Positions 38,901 to 53,900 of a stretch of 64,000 nt of DNA are shown here, one piece after another (positions within the stretch are counted from its first letter, which is position 1; each line of letters opens with the position of its first letter). Both the position numbers and the translations under genes were made by a program. The notes beneath the pieces were generated by a model. That model ran no database searches. It saw only the letters and a program-made list of their open reading frames with translations, and was not told where the DNA came from. Source of the stretch: Eledone cirrhosa (lineage: Eukaryota); assembly GCA_964016885.1 (NCBI GenBank), contig OZ024743.1, positions 280,674,001-280,738,000 of the forward strand, in the 5' to 3' direction.

Positions 38901-41900
38901 GACATGGTTGTGGCCATGGTGTGTATGTCTGGGTAGATATGGTTGTGGCCATGGTGTGTATGTCTGGGTAGATATGTTTGTGGCTACGGTGTGCATGTCT
39001 GGGTAGTTATGTTTGTGACCATGGTGTGTATGTCTGGGTAGATATATTTTTGACCACGGTGTGTATGTCTGGGTAGATATGTTTGTGGCTACGGTATGTA
39101 TGTCTGGGTAGATATGTTTGTGGCCATGGTGTGTATGTCTGTGGAGATATGTTTGTGGCCTTGGTGTGTATGTCTGGTAGATATGTTTGTGACCATGGTG
39201 TGTATATCTGGGTAGATATCTTTGTGCTACGGTGTGTATGTCTGGGTAGATATGTTTGTGGCCATGGTGTGTATGGCTGGGTAGATACGTTTGTGGCTAC
39301 GGTGTGTATGTCCGGGTAGATATGTTTGTGGCTACGGAGTCTATGTCTGGGTAGATATGTTTGTGGCTACGGTGTGTATGTCTGGGTAGATATGTTTGTG
39401 GCCATGGTGTGCATGTCTGGGTAGATATGTTTGTGGCTACGGTGTGTATGTCTGGGTAGATATGTCTGTGGCTACGGTGTGTATGTCGGGGTAGATATGT
39501 TTGTGGCTATGGTGTGTATGTCTGGGTAGATATGTTTGTGGCTACGGTGTGTATGTCTGGGGAGATATGTTTGTGGCTACGGTGTGTATGTCTGGGTAGA
39601 TATGTTTGTGGCGACGGTGTGTATATCTGGGTAGATATCTTTGTGCTACGGTGTGTATGTCTGGGTAGATATGTTTGTGGCTACGGTGTGTATGTCTGGG
39701 GAGATATGTTTGTGGCCACGGTGTGCATGTCTGGGTAGATATGTTTGTGGCCATGGTGTGCATGTCTGGGTAGATATGTTTGTGACCACGGTGTGCATGT
39801 CGGGGTAGATATGTTTGTGGCCATGGTGTGTATGTCTGGGTAGATATGTTTGTGGCCATGGTGTGTATGTCGGGGTAGATATGTTTGTGGCCATGGTGTG
39901 TATACCTGGGTAGATATGTTTGTGGCTACGGTGTGTATGTCGGGGTAGATATGTTTGTGGTTACGGTGTGCATGTCTGGGTAGATATGTTTGTGGCCATG
40001 GTGTGTATGTCTGGGTAGATATGTTTGTGACCATGGTGTGCATGTCTGGGTAGATATGTTTGTGACCATGGTGTGCATGTCTGGGTAGATATGTTTGTGG
40101 CCAGGGTGTGTATGTCTGGGTAGATATGTTTGTGACCATGGTGTGTATGTCTGGGTAGATATGTTTGTGGCTACGGTGTGCATGTCTGGGTAGATATGTT
40201 TGTGACCATGGTGTGTATGTCTGGGTAGATATGTTTGTGGCTACGGTGTGCATGTCTGGGTAGATATGTTTGTGGCTACGGTGTGTATGTCTGGGTAGAT
40301 ATGTTTGTGGCCATGGTGTGTATGTCGGGGTAGATATGTTTGTGGCCATGGTGTGTATGTCTGGGTAGATATGTTTGTGACCATGGTGTGTATGTCTGAG
40401 TAGATATGTTTGTGGCCATGGTGTGTATGTCCGGGTAGATATGTTTGTGATCATGGTGTGTATGTCTGGGTAGATATTTGTGTGGCTAGGGTGTGTATGC
40501 TTGGGTAGATATGTTTGTGGCCACGGTGTGTATGTCTGGGTAGATATGTTTGTGGCCATTGTGTGCATGTCTGGGTAGATATGTTTGTGGCTACGGTGTG
40601 TATGTCTGGGTAGATATGTTTGTGACCATGGTGTGTATGTCTCGGTAGATATGTTTGTGGTTACGGTGTGTATGTCTGGGTAGATATGTTTGTGGCTACG
40701 GTGTGTATGTCGGGGTAGATATGTTTGTGGCCATGGTGTGTATGTCTGGGTAGATATGTTTGTGACTACGGTGTGTATGTCGGGGTAGATATGTTTGTGG
40801 CCATGGTGTGTATGTCTGGGTAGATATGTTTGTGACCATGGTGTGCATGTCTGGGTAGATATGTTTGTGACCATGGTGTGTATGTCGGTGTAGATATGTT
40901 TGTGACCATGGTGTGCATGTCTGGGTAGATATGTTTGTGGCCATGGTGTGTATGTCTGGGTAGGTAGATATGTTTGTGACCATGGTGTGCATATCTGGGT
41001 AGATATGTTTGTGGCTACGGTGCGTATGTCTGGGTAGATATGTTTGTGACCATGGTGTGTATGTCGGGGTAGATATGTTTGGGGCCATGGTGTGTATGTC
41101 GGGGTAGATATGTTTGTGACCATGGTGTGTATGTCGGGGTAGATATGTTTATGACCATGCTGTGTATGTCTGGGTAGATATGTTTGTGACCATGGTGTGT
41201 ATGTCGGGGTAGACATGTTTGTGGCCATGGTGTGTATGTCGGGGTAGACATGTTTGTGGCTACGGTGTGTATGTCTGGGTAGATATGTTTGTGGCTACGG
41301 TGTGTATGTCGGGGTAGATATGTTTGTGGCCATGGTGTGTATGTCGGGGTAGATATGTTTGTGACCATGGTGTGTATGTCGGGGTAGATATGTTTGTGAC
41401 GATGGTGTGTATGTCGGGGTAGATATGTTTGTGACCATGGTGTGTATGTCGGGGTAGATATATTTGTGGCCATGGTGTGCATGTCTGGGTAGATATGTTT
41501 GTGGCCATGGTGTGCATGTCTGGGTAGATATGTTTGTAACCATGGTGTGTATGTCGGGGTAGATATGTTTGTGACCATGGTGTGTATGTGTGGGTAGCTA
41601 TATTTGTGATAACGGTGTGTATGTCTGGGTAGATATGTTTGTGGCTACGGTGTGTATATCTGGGTAGAAATGTTTGTGCTACGGTGTACATGTCTGGGTA
41701 GATATGTTTGTGGCTACGGTGTGTATGTCTGGGTAGATATGTTTGTGGCCATGGTGTGTATGTCGGGGTAGATATGTTTTTGACCACGGTGTGTATGTCT
41801 GGGTAGATATGTTTGTGGCTACGGTGTGTATATCTGGGTAGAAATGTTTGTGCTACGGTGTACATGTCTGGGTAGATATGTTTGTGGCCATGGTGTGTAT

Positions 41901-44900
41901 GTCGGGGTAGATATGTTTTTGACCACGGTGTGTATGTCTGGGTAGATATGTTTGTGGCTACGGTGTGTATATCTGGGTAGATATGTTTGTGCTACGGTGT
42001 GCATGTCTGGGTAGATATGTTTCTGGCTACGGTGTGTATGTCGGGGTAGATGTGTTTGTGACCACGGTGTGTATGTCTGTGTAGATATGTTTGTGGCTAC
42101 GGTGTGTATGTCGGGGTAGACATGGTTGTGGCCATGGTGTGTATGTCTGGGTAGATATGTTTGTGGCCATGGTGTGTATGTCTGGCTAGATATGTTTGTG
42201 GCCATGGTGTGTATGTCTGGGTAGATATGTTTGTGGCCATGGTGTGTATGTCTGGCTAGATATGTTTGTGGCCATGGTGTGTATGTCTGGGTAGATATGT
42301 TTGTGGCCACGGTGTGTATGTCGGGGTAGATATGTTTGTGGCCATGGTGTGTATGTCAGGGTAGATATGTTTGTGACCATGGTGTGCATGTCTGGGTAGA
42401 TATGTTTGTGACCATGGTGTGTATGTCGGGGTAGATATGTTTGTGACCATGGTGTGCATGTCTGGGTAGATATGTTTGTGGCCATGGTGTGTATATCTGG
42501 GTAGGTAGATATGTTTGTGACCATGGTGTGCATGTCTGGGTAGATATGTTTGTGACCATGGTGTGTATGTCGGGGTAGACATGTTTGTGGCCATGGTGTG
42601 CATGTCTGGGTAGATATGTTTGTGGCCATGGTGTGTATGTCGGGGTAGATATGTTTGTGGCCATGGTGTGTATGTCTGGGTAGATATGTTTGTGGCTACG
42701 GTGTGTATGTATGGGTAGATGTGTTTGTGACCATGGTGTGTATGTCGGGGTAGATATGTTTGTGGCCATGGTGTGTATGTCGGGGTAGATATGTTTGTGA
42801 CCATGGTGTGTATGTCGGGGTAGATATGTTTGTGACCATGGTGTGTATGTCGGGGTAGATATGTTTGTGGCCATGGTGTGTATGTCGGGGTAGACATGTT
42901 TGTGGCTACGGTGTGTATGTCTGGGTAGATATGTTTGTGGCTACGGTGTGTATGTCGGGGTAGATATGTTTGTGGCCATGGTGTGTATGTCGGAGTAGAT
43001 ATGTTTGTGACCATGGTGTGTATGTCGGGGTAGATATGTTTGTGACCATGGTGTGTATGTCGGGGTAGATATGTTTGTGACCATGGTGTGTATGTCGGGG
43101 TAGATATGTTTGTGACCATGGTGTGTATGTCGGGGTAGATATGTTTGTGACCATGGTGTGTATGTCGGGGTAGATATGTTTGTGGCCATGGTGTGTATGT
43201 CGGGGTAGATATGTTTGTGACCATGGTGTGCATGTCGGGGTAGATATGTTTGTGGCTACGGTGTGCATGTCTGGGTAGATATGTTTGTGGCCACGGTGTG
43301 TATGTCTGGGTAGATATGTTTGTGATTATGGTGTGTATGTGTGGGTAGCTATGTTTGTGACCACGGTGTGTATGTCTGGGTAGATATGTTTGTGGCTACG
43401 GTGTGTATATCTGGGTAGATATGTTTGTGCTACGGTGTGCATGTCTGGGTAGATATGTTTGTGGCTACGGTGTGTATGTCGGGGTAGATATGTTTTTGAC
43501 CATGCTGTGTATGTCGGGGTAGATATGTTTGTGGCTACGGTGTGTATGTCGGGGTAGATATGTTCGTGACCACGGTGTGTATGTCTGGGTAGATATGTTT
43601 GTGGCTACGGTGTGTATCTCGGGGTAGACATGGTTGTGGCCATGGTGTGTATGTCTGGGTAGATATGTTTGTGGCCATGGTGTGTATGTCTGGGTAGATA
43701 TGTTTGTGGCTACGGTGTGCATGTCTGGGTAGTTATGTTTGTGACCATGGTGTGTATGTCTGGGTAGATATATTTTTGACCACGGTGTGTATGTCTGGGT
43801 AGATATGTTTGTGGCTACGGTGTGTATGTCTGGGTAGATATGTTTGTGGCCATGGTGTGTATGTCTGTGGAGATATGTTTGTGGCCTTGGTGTGTATGTC
43901 TGGTAGATATGTTTGTGACCATGGTGTGTATATCTGGGTAGATATCTTTGTGCTACGGTGTGTATGTCTGGGTAGATATGTTTGTGGCCATGGTGTGTAT
44001 GGCTGGGTAGATACGTTTGTGGCTACGGTGTGTATGTCCGGGTAGATATGTTTGTGGCTACGGAGTCTATGTCTGGGTAGATATGTTTGTGGCTACGGTG
44101 TGTATGTCTGGGTAGATATGTTTGTGGCCATGGTGTGCATGTCTGGGTAGATATGTTTGTGGCTACGGTGTGTATGTCTGGGTAGATATGTCTGTGGCTA
44201 CGGTGTGTATGTCGGGGTAGATATGTTTGTGGCTATGGTGTGTATGTCTGGGTAGATATGTTTGTGGCTACGGTGTGTATGTCTGGGGAGATATGTTTGT
44301 GGCTACGGTGTGTATGTCTGGGTAGATATGTTTGTGGCTACGGTGTGTATATCTGGGTAGATATGTTTGTGCTACGGTGTGTATGTCTGGGTAGATATGT
44401 TTGTGGCTACGGTGTGTATGTCTGGGGAGATATGTTTGTGGCCACGGTGTGCATGTCTGGGTAGATATGTTTGTGGCCATGGTGTGCATGTCTGGGTAGA
44501 TATGTTTGTGACCACGGTGTGCATGTCGGGGTAGATATGTTTGTGGCCATGGTGTGTATGTCTGGGTAGATATGTTTGTGGCCATGGTGTGTATGTCGGG
44601 GTAGATATGTTTGTGGCCATGGTGTGTATGCCTGGGTAGATATGTTTGTGGCTACGGTGTGTATGTCGGGGTAGATATGTTTGTGGTTACGGTGTGCATG
44701 TCTGGGTAGATATGTTTGTGGCCATGGTGTGTATGTCTGGGTAGATATGTTTGTGACCATGGTGTGCATGTCTGGGTAGATATGTTTGTGACCATGGTGT
44801 GCATGTCTGGGTAGATATGTTTGTGGCCACGGTGTGTATGTCTGGGTAGATATGTTTGTGACCATGGTGTGTATGTCTGGGTAGATATGTTTGTGGCTAC

Positions 44901-47900
44901 GGTGTGCATGTCTGGGTAGATATGTTTGTGACCATGGTGTGTATGTCTGGGTAGATATGTTTGTGGCTACGGTGTGCATGTCTGGGTAGATATGTTTGTG
45001 GCTACGGTGTGTATGTCTGGGTAGATATGTTTGTGGCCATGGTGTGTATGTCGGGGTAGATATGTTTGTGGCCATGGTGTGTATGTCTGGGTAGATATGT
45101 TTGTGACCATGGTGTGTATGTCTGAGTAGATATGTTTGTGGCCACGGTGTGTATGTCCGGGTAGATATGTTTGTGATCATGGTGTGTATGTCTGGGTAGA
45201 TATGTTTGTGGCTACGGTGTGTATGCTTGGGTAGATATGTTTGTGGCCACGGTGTGTATGTCTGGGTAGATATGTTTGTGGCCATTGTGTGCATGTCTGG
45301 GTAGATATGTTTGTGGCTACGGTGTGTATGTCTGGGTAGATATGTTTGTGACCATGGTGTGTATGTCTCGGTAGATATGTTTGTGGTTACGGTGTGTATG
45401 TCTGGGTAGATATGTTTGTGGCTACGGTGTGTATGTCGGGGTAGATATGTTTGTGGCCATGGTGTGTATGTCTGGGTAGATATGTTTGTGACTACGGTGT
45501 GTATGTCGGGGTAGATATGTTTGTGGCCATGGTGTTTATGTCTGGGTAGATATGTTTGTGACCATGGTGTGCATGTCTGGGTAGATATGTTTGTGACCAT
45601 GGTGTGTATGTCGGGGTAGATATGTTTGTGACCATGGTGTGCATGTCTGGGTAGATATGTTTGTGGCCATGGTGTGTATGTCTGGGTAGGTAGATATGTT
45701 TGTGACCATGGTGTGCATATCTGGGTAGATATGTTTGTGGCTACGGTGCGTATGTCTGGGTAGATATGTTTGTGACCATGGTGTGTATGTCGGGGTAGAT
45801 ATGTTTGGGGCCATGGTGTGTATGTCGGGGTAGATATGTTTGTGACCATGGTGTGTATGTCGGGGTAGATATGTTTATGACCATGCTGTGTATGTCTGGG
45901 TAGATATGTTTGTGACCATGGTGTGTATGTCGGGGTAGACATGTTTGTGGCCATGGTGTGTATGTCGGGGTAGACATGTTTGTGGCTACGGTGTGTATGT
46001 CTGGGTAGATATGTTTGTGGCTACGGTGTGTATGTCGGGGTAGATATGTTTGTGGCCATGGTGTGTATGTCGGGGTAGATATGTTTGTGACCATGGTGTG
46101 TATGTCGGGGTAGATATGTTTGTGACGATGGTGTGTATGTCGGGGTAGATATGTTTGTGACCATGGTGTGTATGTCGGGGTAGATATATTTGTGGCCATG
46201 GTGTGCATGTCTGGGTAGATATGTTTGTGGCCATGGTGTGCATGTCTGGGTAGATATGTTTGTAACCATGGTGTGTATGTCGGGGTAGATATGTTTGTGA
46301 CCATGGTGTGTATGTGTGGGTAGCTATATTTGTGATAACGGTGTGTATGTCTGGGTAGATATGTTTGTGGCTACGGTGTGTATATCTGGGTAGAAATGTT
46401 TGTGCTACGGTGTACATGTCTGGGTAGATATGTTTGTGGCTACGGTGTGTATGTCTGGGTAGATATGTTTGTGGCCATGGTGTGTATGTCGGGGTAGATA
46501 TGTTTTTGACCACGGTGTGTATGTCTGGGTAGATATGTTTGTGGCTACGGTGTGTATATCTGGGTAGAAATGTTTGTGCTACGGTGTACATGTCTGGGTA
46601 GATATGTTTGTGGCCATGGTGTGTATGTCGGGGTAGATATGTTTTTGACCACGGTGTGTATGTCTGGGTAGATATGTTTGTGGCTACGGTGTGTATATCT
46701 GGGTAGATATGTTTGTGCTACGGTGTGCATGTCTGGGTAGATATGTTTCTGGCTACGGTGTGTATGTCGGGGTAGATGTGTTTGTGACCACGGTGTGTAT
46801 GTCTGTGTAGATATGTTTGTGGCTACGGTGTGTATGTCGGGGTAGACATGGTTGTGGCCATGGTGTGTATGTCTGGGTAGATATGTTTGTGGCCATGGTG
46901 TGTATGTCTGGCTAGATATGTTTGTGGCCATGGTGTGTATGTCTGGGTAGATATGTTTGTGGCTACGGTGTGCATGTCTGGGTAGTTATGTTTGTGACCA
47001 TGGTGTGTATGTCTGGGTAGATATGTTTTTGACCACGGTGTGTATGTCTGGGTAGATATGTTTGTGGCTACGGTGTGTATGTCTGGGTAGATATGTTTGT
47101 GGCCATGGTGTGTATGTCTGGGTAGATATGTTTGTGGCCATGGTGTGTATGTCTGGGTAGATATGTTTGTGACCATGGTGTGTATATCTGGGTAGATATG
47201 TTTGTGCTACGGTGTGTATGTCTGGGTAGATATGTTTGTGGCCATGGTGTGTATGGCTGGGTAGATATGTTTGTGGCTACGGTGTGTATGTCCGGGTAGA
47301 TATGTTTGTGGCTACGGAGTGTATGTCTGGGTAGATATGTTTGTGGCTACGGTGTGTATGTCTGGGTAGATATGTTTGTGGCCATGGTGTGCATGTCTGG
47401 GTAGATATGTTTGTGGCTACGGTGTGTATGTCTGGGTAGATATGTCTGTGGCTACGGTGTGTATGTCGGGGTAGATATGTTTGTGGCTATGGTGTGTATG
47501 TCTGGGTAGATATGTTTGTGGCTACGGTGTGTATGTCTGGGGAGATATGTTTGTGGCTACGGTGTGTATGTCTGGGTAGATATGTTTGTGGCTACGGTGT
47601 GTATATCTGGGTATATATGTTTGTGCTACGGTGTGTATGTCTGGGTAGATATGTTTGTGGCTACGGTGTGTATGTCTGGGGAGATATGTTTGTGGCCATG
47701 GTGTGTATGTCTGGGTAGATATGTTTGTGGCTACGGTGTGTATGTCTGGGTAGATATGTTTGTGGCCACGGTGTGCATGTCTGGGTAGATATGTTTGTGG
47801 CCATGGTGTGCATGTCTGGGTAGATATGTTTGTGGCCACGGTGTGTATGTCTGGGTAGATATGTTTGTGACCATGGTGTGTATGTCTGGGTAGATATGTT

Positions 47901-50900
47901 TGTGGCTACGGTGTGCATGTCTGGGTAGATATATTTGTGACCATGGTGTGTATGTCTGGGTAGATATGTTTGTGGCCATGGTGTGCATGTCTGGGTAGAT
48001 ATGTTTGTGGCCATGGTGTGTATGTCTGGGTAGATATGTTTGTGGCCATGGTGTGTATGTCTGGGTAGATATGTTTGTGACCATGGTGTGCATGTCTGGG
48101 TAGATATGTTTGTGACCATGGTGTGTATGTCGGGGTAGATATGTTTGTGACCATGGTGTGCATGTCTGAGTAGATATGTTTGTGGCCATGGTGTGTATGT
48201 CTGGGTAGGTAGATATGTTTGTGACCATGGTGTTCATGTCTGGGTAGATATGTTTGTGACCATGGTGTGCATGTCTGGGTAGATATGTTTGTGGCCATGG
48301 TGTGCATGTCTGGGTAGATATGTTTGTGGCCATGGTGTGTATGTCTGGGTAGATATGTTTGTGGCCATGGTGTGTATGTCTGGGTAGATATGTTTGTGAC
48401 CATGGTGTGCATGTCTGGGTAGATATGTTTGTGACCATGGTGTGTATGTCGGGGTAGATATGTTTGTGACCATGGTGTGCATGTCTGGGTAGATATGTTT
48501 GTGGCCATGGTGTTTATGTCTGGGTAGGTAGATATGTTTGTGACCATGGTGTTCATGTCTGCTTAGATATGCTTGTGACCATGGTGTGTATGTCGGGGTA
48601 GATATGTTTGTGACCATGGTGTGCATGTCTGGGTAGATATGTTTGTGACCATGGTTTGTATGTCGGGGTAGATATGTTTGTGGCTACCGTGTGTATGTCG
48701 GGGTAGATATGTTTGTGGCTACGGTGTGTATGTCTGGGTAGATATGTTTGTGGCCATGGTGTGCATGTCTGGGTAGATATGTTTGTGGCCATGGTGTGTA
48801 TGTCGCGGTAGATATGTTTGTGGCTACGGTGTGTATGTCGGGGTAGATATGTTTGTGGCTACGGTGTGTATGTCGGGGTACATATATTTGTGGCCACGGT
48901 GTGTATGTCTGGGTAGATATGTTTGTGACCATGGTGTGTATGTCTGGGTAGATATGTTTGTGGCTACGGTGTGCATGTCTGGGTAGATATGTTTGTGGCC
49001 ACGGTGTGTATGTCTGGGTAGATATGTTTCTGACCATGGTGTGTATGTCTGGGTAGATATGTTTGTGGCTACGGTGTGCATGTCTGGGTAGATATGTTTG
49101 TGACCATGGTGTGTATGTCTGGGTAGATATGTTTGTGGCTACGGTGTGCATGTCTGGGTAGATATGTTTGTGGCCATGGTGTGCATGTCTGGGTAGATAT
49201 GTTTGTGGCCATGGTGTGTATGTCTGGGTAGATATGTTTGTGGCCATGGTGTGTATGTCTGGGTAGATATGTTTGTGACCATGGTGTGCATGTCTGGGTA
49301 GATATGTTTGTGACCATGGTGTGTATGTCGGGGTAGATATGTTTGTGACCATGGTGTGCATGTCTGAGTAGATATGTTTGTGGCCATGGTGTGTATATCT
49401 CGGTAGGTAGATATGTTTGTGACCATGGTGTTCATGTCTGGGTAGATATGTTTGTGACCATGGTGTGCATGTCTGGGTAGATATGTTTGTGACCATGGTG
49501 TGTATGTCGGGGTAGATATGTTTGTGACCATGGTGTGCATGTCTGGGTAGATATGTTTGTGGCCATGGTGTTTATGTCTGGGTAGGTAGATATGTTTGTG
49601 ACCATGGTGTTCATGTCTGGGTAGATATGTTTGTGACCATGGTGTGTATGTCGGGGTAGATATGTTTGTGACCATGGTGTGCATGTCTGGGTAGATATGT
49701 TTGTGACCATGGTGTGTATGTCGGGGTAGATATGTTTGTGGCTACCGTGTGTATGTCGGGGTAGATATGTTTGTGGCTACGGTGTGTATGTCTGGGTAGA
49801 TATGTTTGTGGCCATGGTGTGCATGTCTGGGTAGATATGTTTGTGGCCATGGTGTGTATGTCGGGGTAGATATGTTTGTGGCTACGGTGTGTATGTCGGG
49901 GTAGATATGTTTGTGGCTACGGTGTGTATGTCTGGGTCGATATGTTTGTGGCCATGGTGTGTATGTCTGGGTAGATATGTTTGTGGCCATGGTGTGTATG
50001 TCTGGGTAGATATGTTTGTGGCCATGGTGTGTATGTCTGGGTAGATATGTTTGTGGCTACGGTGTGTATGTCGGGGTAGATATGTTTGTGACCACGGTGT
50101 GTATGTCTGGGTAGATATGTTTGTGGCTACGGTGTGTATGTCTGGGTAGACATGGTTGTGGCCATGGTGTGTATGTCTGGGTAGATATGTTTGTGGCCAT
50201 GGTGTGCATGTCTGGGTAGATATGTTTGTGGCTACGGTGTGTATGTCTGGGTAGATATGTTTGTGGCCATGGTGTGCATGTCTGGGTAGATATGTTTGTG
50301 GCTACGGTGTGTATGTCTGGGTAGATATGTCTGTGGCTACGGTGTGTATGTCGGGGTAGATATGTTTGTGGCTATGGTGTGTATGTCTGGGTAGATATGT
50401 TTGTGGCTACGGTGTGTATGTCTGGGGAGATATGTTTGTGGCTACGGTGTGTATGTCTGGGTAGATATGTTTGTGGCTACGGTGTTTATATCTGGGTAGA
50501 TATGTTTGTGCTACGATGTGTATGTCTGGGTAGATATGTTTGTGGCTACGGTGTGTATGTCTGGGGAGATATATTTGTGGCCATGGTGTGTATGTTTGGG
50601 TAGATATGTTTGTGGCTACGGTGTGTATGTCTGGGTAGATATGTTTGTGGCCATGGTGTTCATGTCTGGGTAAATATGTTTGTGACCACGGTGTGAATGT
50701 CGGGGTAGATATGTTTGTGGCCATGTTGTGTATGTCTGGGTAGATATGTTTGTGGCCATGGTGTGTATGTCGGGGTAGATATGTTTGTGGCCATGGTGTG
50801 TATGTCGGGGTAGATATGTTTGTGGCCATGGTGTGTATGTCTGGGTAGATATGTTTGTGGCTACGGTGTGTATGTCGAGGTAGATATGTTTGTGGCTACG

Positions 50901-53900
50901 GTGTGCATGTCTGGGTAGATATGTTTGTGACCATGGTGTGTATGTCTGGGTAGATATGTTTGTGGCTACGGTGTGCATGTCTGGGTAGATATGTTTGTGG
51001 CCATGGTGTGCATGTCTGGGTAGATATGTTTGTGGCCATGGTGTGTATGTCTGGGTAGATATGTTTGTGGCCACGGTGTGTATGTCGGGGTAGATATGTT
51101 TGTGGCCATGGTGTGTATGTCAGGGTAGATATGTTTGTGACCATGGTGTGCATGTCTGGGTAGATATGTTTGTGACCATGGTGTGTATGTCGGGGTAGAT
51201 ATGTTTGTGATCATGGTGTGCATGTCTGGGTAGATATGTTTGTGGCCATGGTGTGTATATCTGGGTAGGTAGATATGTTTGTGACCATGGTGTGCATGTC
51301 TGGGTAGATATGTTTGTGACCATGGTGTGTATGTCGGGGTAGACATGTTTGTGGCCATGGTGTGCATGTCTGGGTAGATATGTTTGTGGCCATGGTGTGT
51401 ATGTCGGGGTAGATATGTTTGTGGCCATGGTGTGTATGTCTGGGTAGATATGTTTGTGGCTACGGTGTGTATGTATGGGTAGATGTGTTTGTGACCATGG
51501 TGTGTATGTCGGGGTAGATATGTTTGTGGCCATGGTGTGTATGTCGGGGTAGATATGTTTGTGACGATGGTGTGTATGTCGGGGTAGATATGTTTGTGAC
51601 CATGGTGTGTATGTCGGGGTAGATATGTTTGTGGCCATGGTGTGTATGTCGGGGTAGACATGTTTGTGGCTACGGTGTGTATGTCTGGGTAGATATGTTT
51701 GTGGCTACGGTGTGTATGTCGGGGTAGATATGTTTGTGGCCATGGTGTGTATGTCGGAGTAGATATGTTTGTGACCATGGTGTGTATGTCGGGGTAGATA
51801 TGTTTGTGACCATGGTGTGTATGTCGGGGTAGATATGTTTGTGACCATGGTGTGTATGTCGGGGTAGATATGTTTGTGACCATGGTGTGTATGTCGGGGT
51901 AGATATGTTTGTGACCATGGTGTGTATGTCGGGGTAGATATGTTTGTGGCCATGGTGTGTATGTCGGGGTAGATATGTTTGTGACCATGGTGTGCATGTC
52001 GGGGTAGATATGTTTGTGGCTACGGTGTGCATGTCTGGGTAGATATGTTTGTGGCCACGGTGTGTATGTCTGGGTAGATATGTTTGTGATTATGGTGTGT
52101 ATGTGTGGGTAGCTATGTTTGTGACCACGGTGTGTATGTCTGGGTAGATATGTTTGTGGCTACGGTGTGTATATCTGGGTAGATATGTTTGTGCTACGGT
52201 GTGCATGTCTGGGTAGATATGTTTGTGGCTACGGTGTGTATGTCGGGGTAGATATGTTTTTGACCATGCTGTGTATGTCGGGGTAGATATGTTTGTGGCT
52301 ACGGTGTGTATGTCGGGGTAGATATGTTCGTGACCACGGTGTGTATGTCTGGGTAGATATGTTTGTGGCTACGGTGTGTATGTCGGGGTAGACATGGTTG
52401 TGGCCATGGTGTGTATGTCTGGGTAGATATGGTTGTGGCCATGGTGTGTATGTCTGGGTAGATATGTTTGTGGCTACGGTGTGCATGTCTGGGTAGTTAT
52501 GTTTGTGACCATGGTGTGTATGTCTGGGTAGATATATTTTTGACCACGGTGTGTATGTCTGGGTAGATATGTTTGTGGCTACGGTGTGTATGTCTGGGTA
52601 GATATGTTTGTGGCCATGGTGTGTATGTCTGTGGAGATATGTTTGTGGCCTTGGTGTGTATGTCTGGTAGATATGTTTGTGACCATGGTGTGTATATCTG
52701 GGTAGATATCTTTGTGCTACGGTGTGTATGTCTGGGTAGATATGTTTGTGGCCATGGTGTGTATGGCTGGGTAGATACGTTTGTGGCTACGGTGTGTATG
52801 TCCGGGTAGATATGTTTGTGGCTACGGAGTCTATGTCTGGGTAGATATGTTTGTGGCTACGGTGTGTATGTCTGGGTAGATATGTTTGTGGCCATGGTGT
52901 GCATGTCTGGGTAGATATGTTTGTGGCTACGGTGTGTATGTCTGGGTAGATATGTCTGTGGCTACGGTGTGTATGTCGGGGTAGATATGTTTGTGGCTAT
53001 GGTGTGTATGTCTGGGTAGATATGTTTGTGGCTACGGTGTGTATATCTGGGGAGATATGTTTGTGGCTACGGTGTGTATGTCTGGGTAGATATGTTTGTG
53101 GCGACGGTGTGTATATCTGGGTAGATATCTTTGTGCTACGGTGTGTATGTCTGGGTAGATATGTTTGTGGCTACGGTGTGTATGTCTGGGGAGATATGTT
53201 TGTGGCCACGGTGTGCATGTCTGGGTAGATATGTTTGTGGCCATGGTGTGCATGTCTGGGTAGATATGTTTGTGACCACGGTGTGCATGTCGGGGTAGAT
53301 ATGTTTGTGGCCATGGTGTGTATGTCTGGGTAGATATGTTTGTGGCCATGGTGTGTATGTCGGGGTAGATATGTTTGTGGCCATGGTGTGTATACCTGGG
53401 TAGATATGTTTGTGGCTACGGTGTGTATGTCGGGGTAGATATGTTTGTGGTTACGGTGTGCATGTCTGGGTAGATATGTTTGTGGCCATGGTGTGTATGT
53501 CTGGGTAGATATGTTTGTGACCATGGTGTGCATGTCTGGGTAGATATGTTTGTGACCATGGTGTGCATGTCTGGGTAGATATGTTTGTGGCCAGGGTGTG
53601 TATGTCTGGGTAGATATGTTTGTGACCATGGTGTGTATGTCTGGGTAGATATGTTTGTGGCTACGGTGTGCATGTCTGGGTAGATATGTTTGTGACCATG
53701 GTGTGTATGTCTGGGTAGATATGTTTGTGGCTACGGTGTGCATGTCTGGGTAGATATGTTTGTGGCTACGGTGTGTATGTCTGGGTAGATATGTTTGTGG
53801 CCATGGTGTGTATGTCGGGGTAGATATGTTTGTGGCCATGGTGTGTATGTCTGGGTAGATATGTTTGTGACCATGGTGTGTATGTCTGAGTAGATATGTT

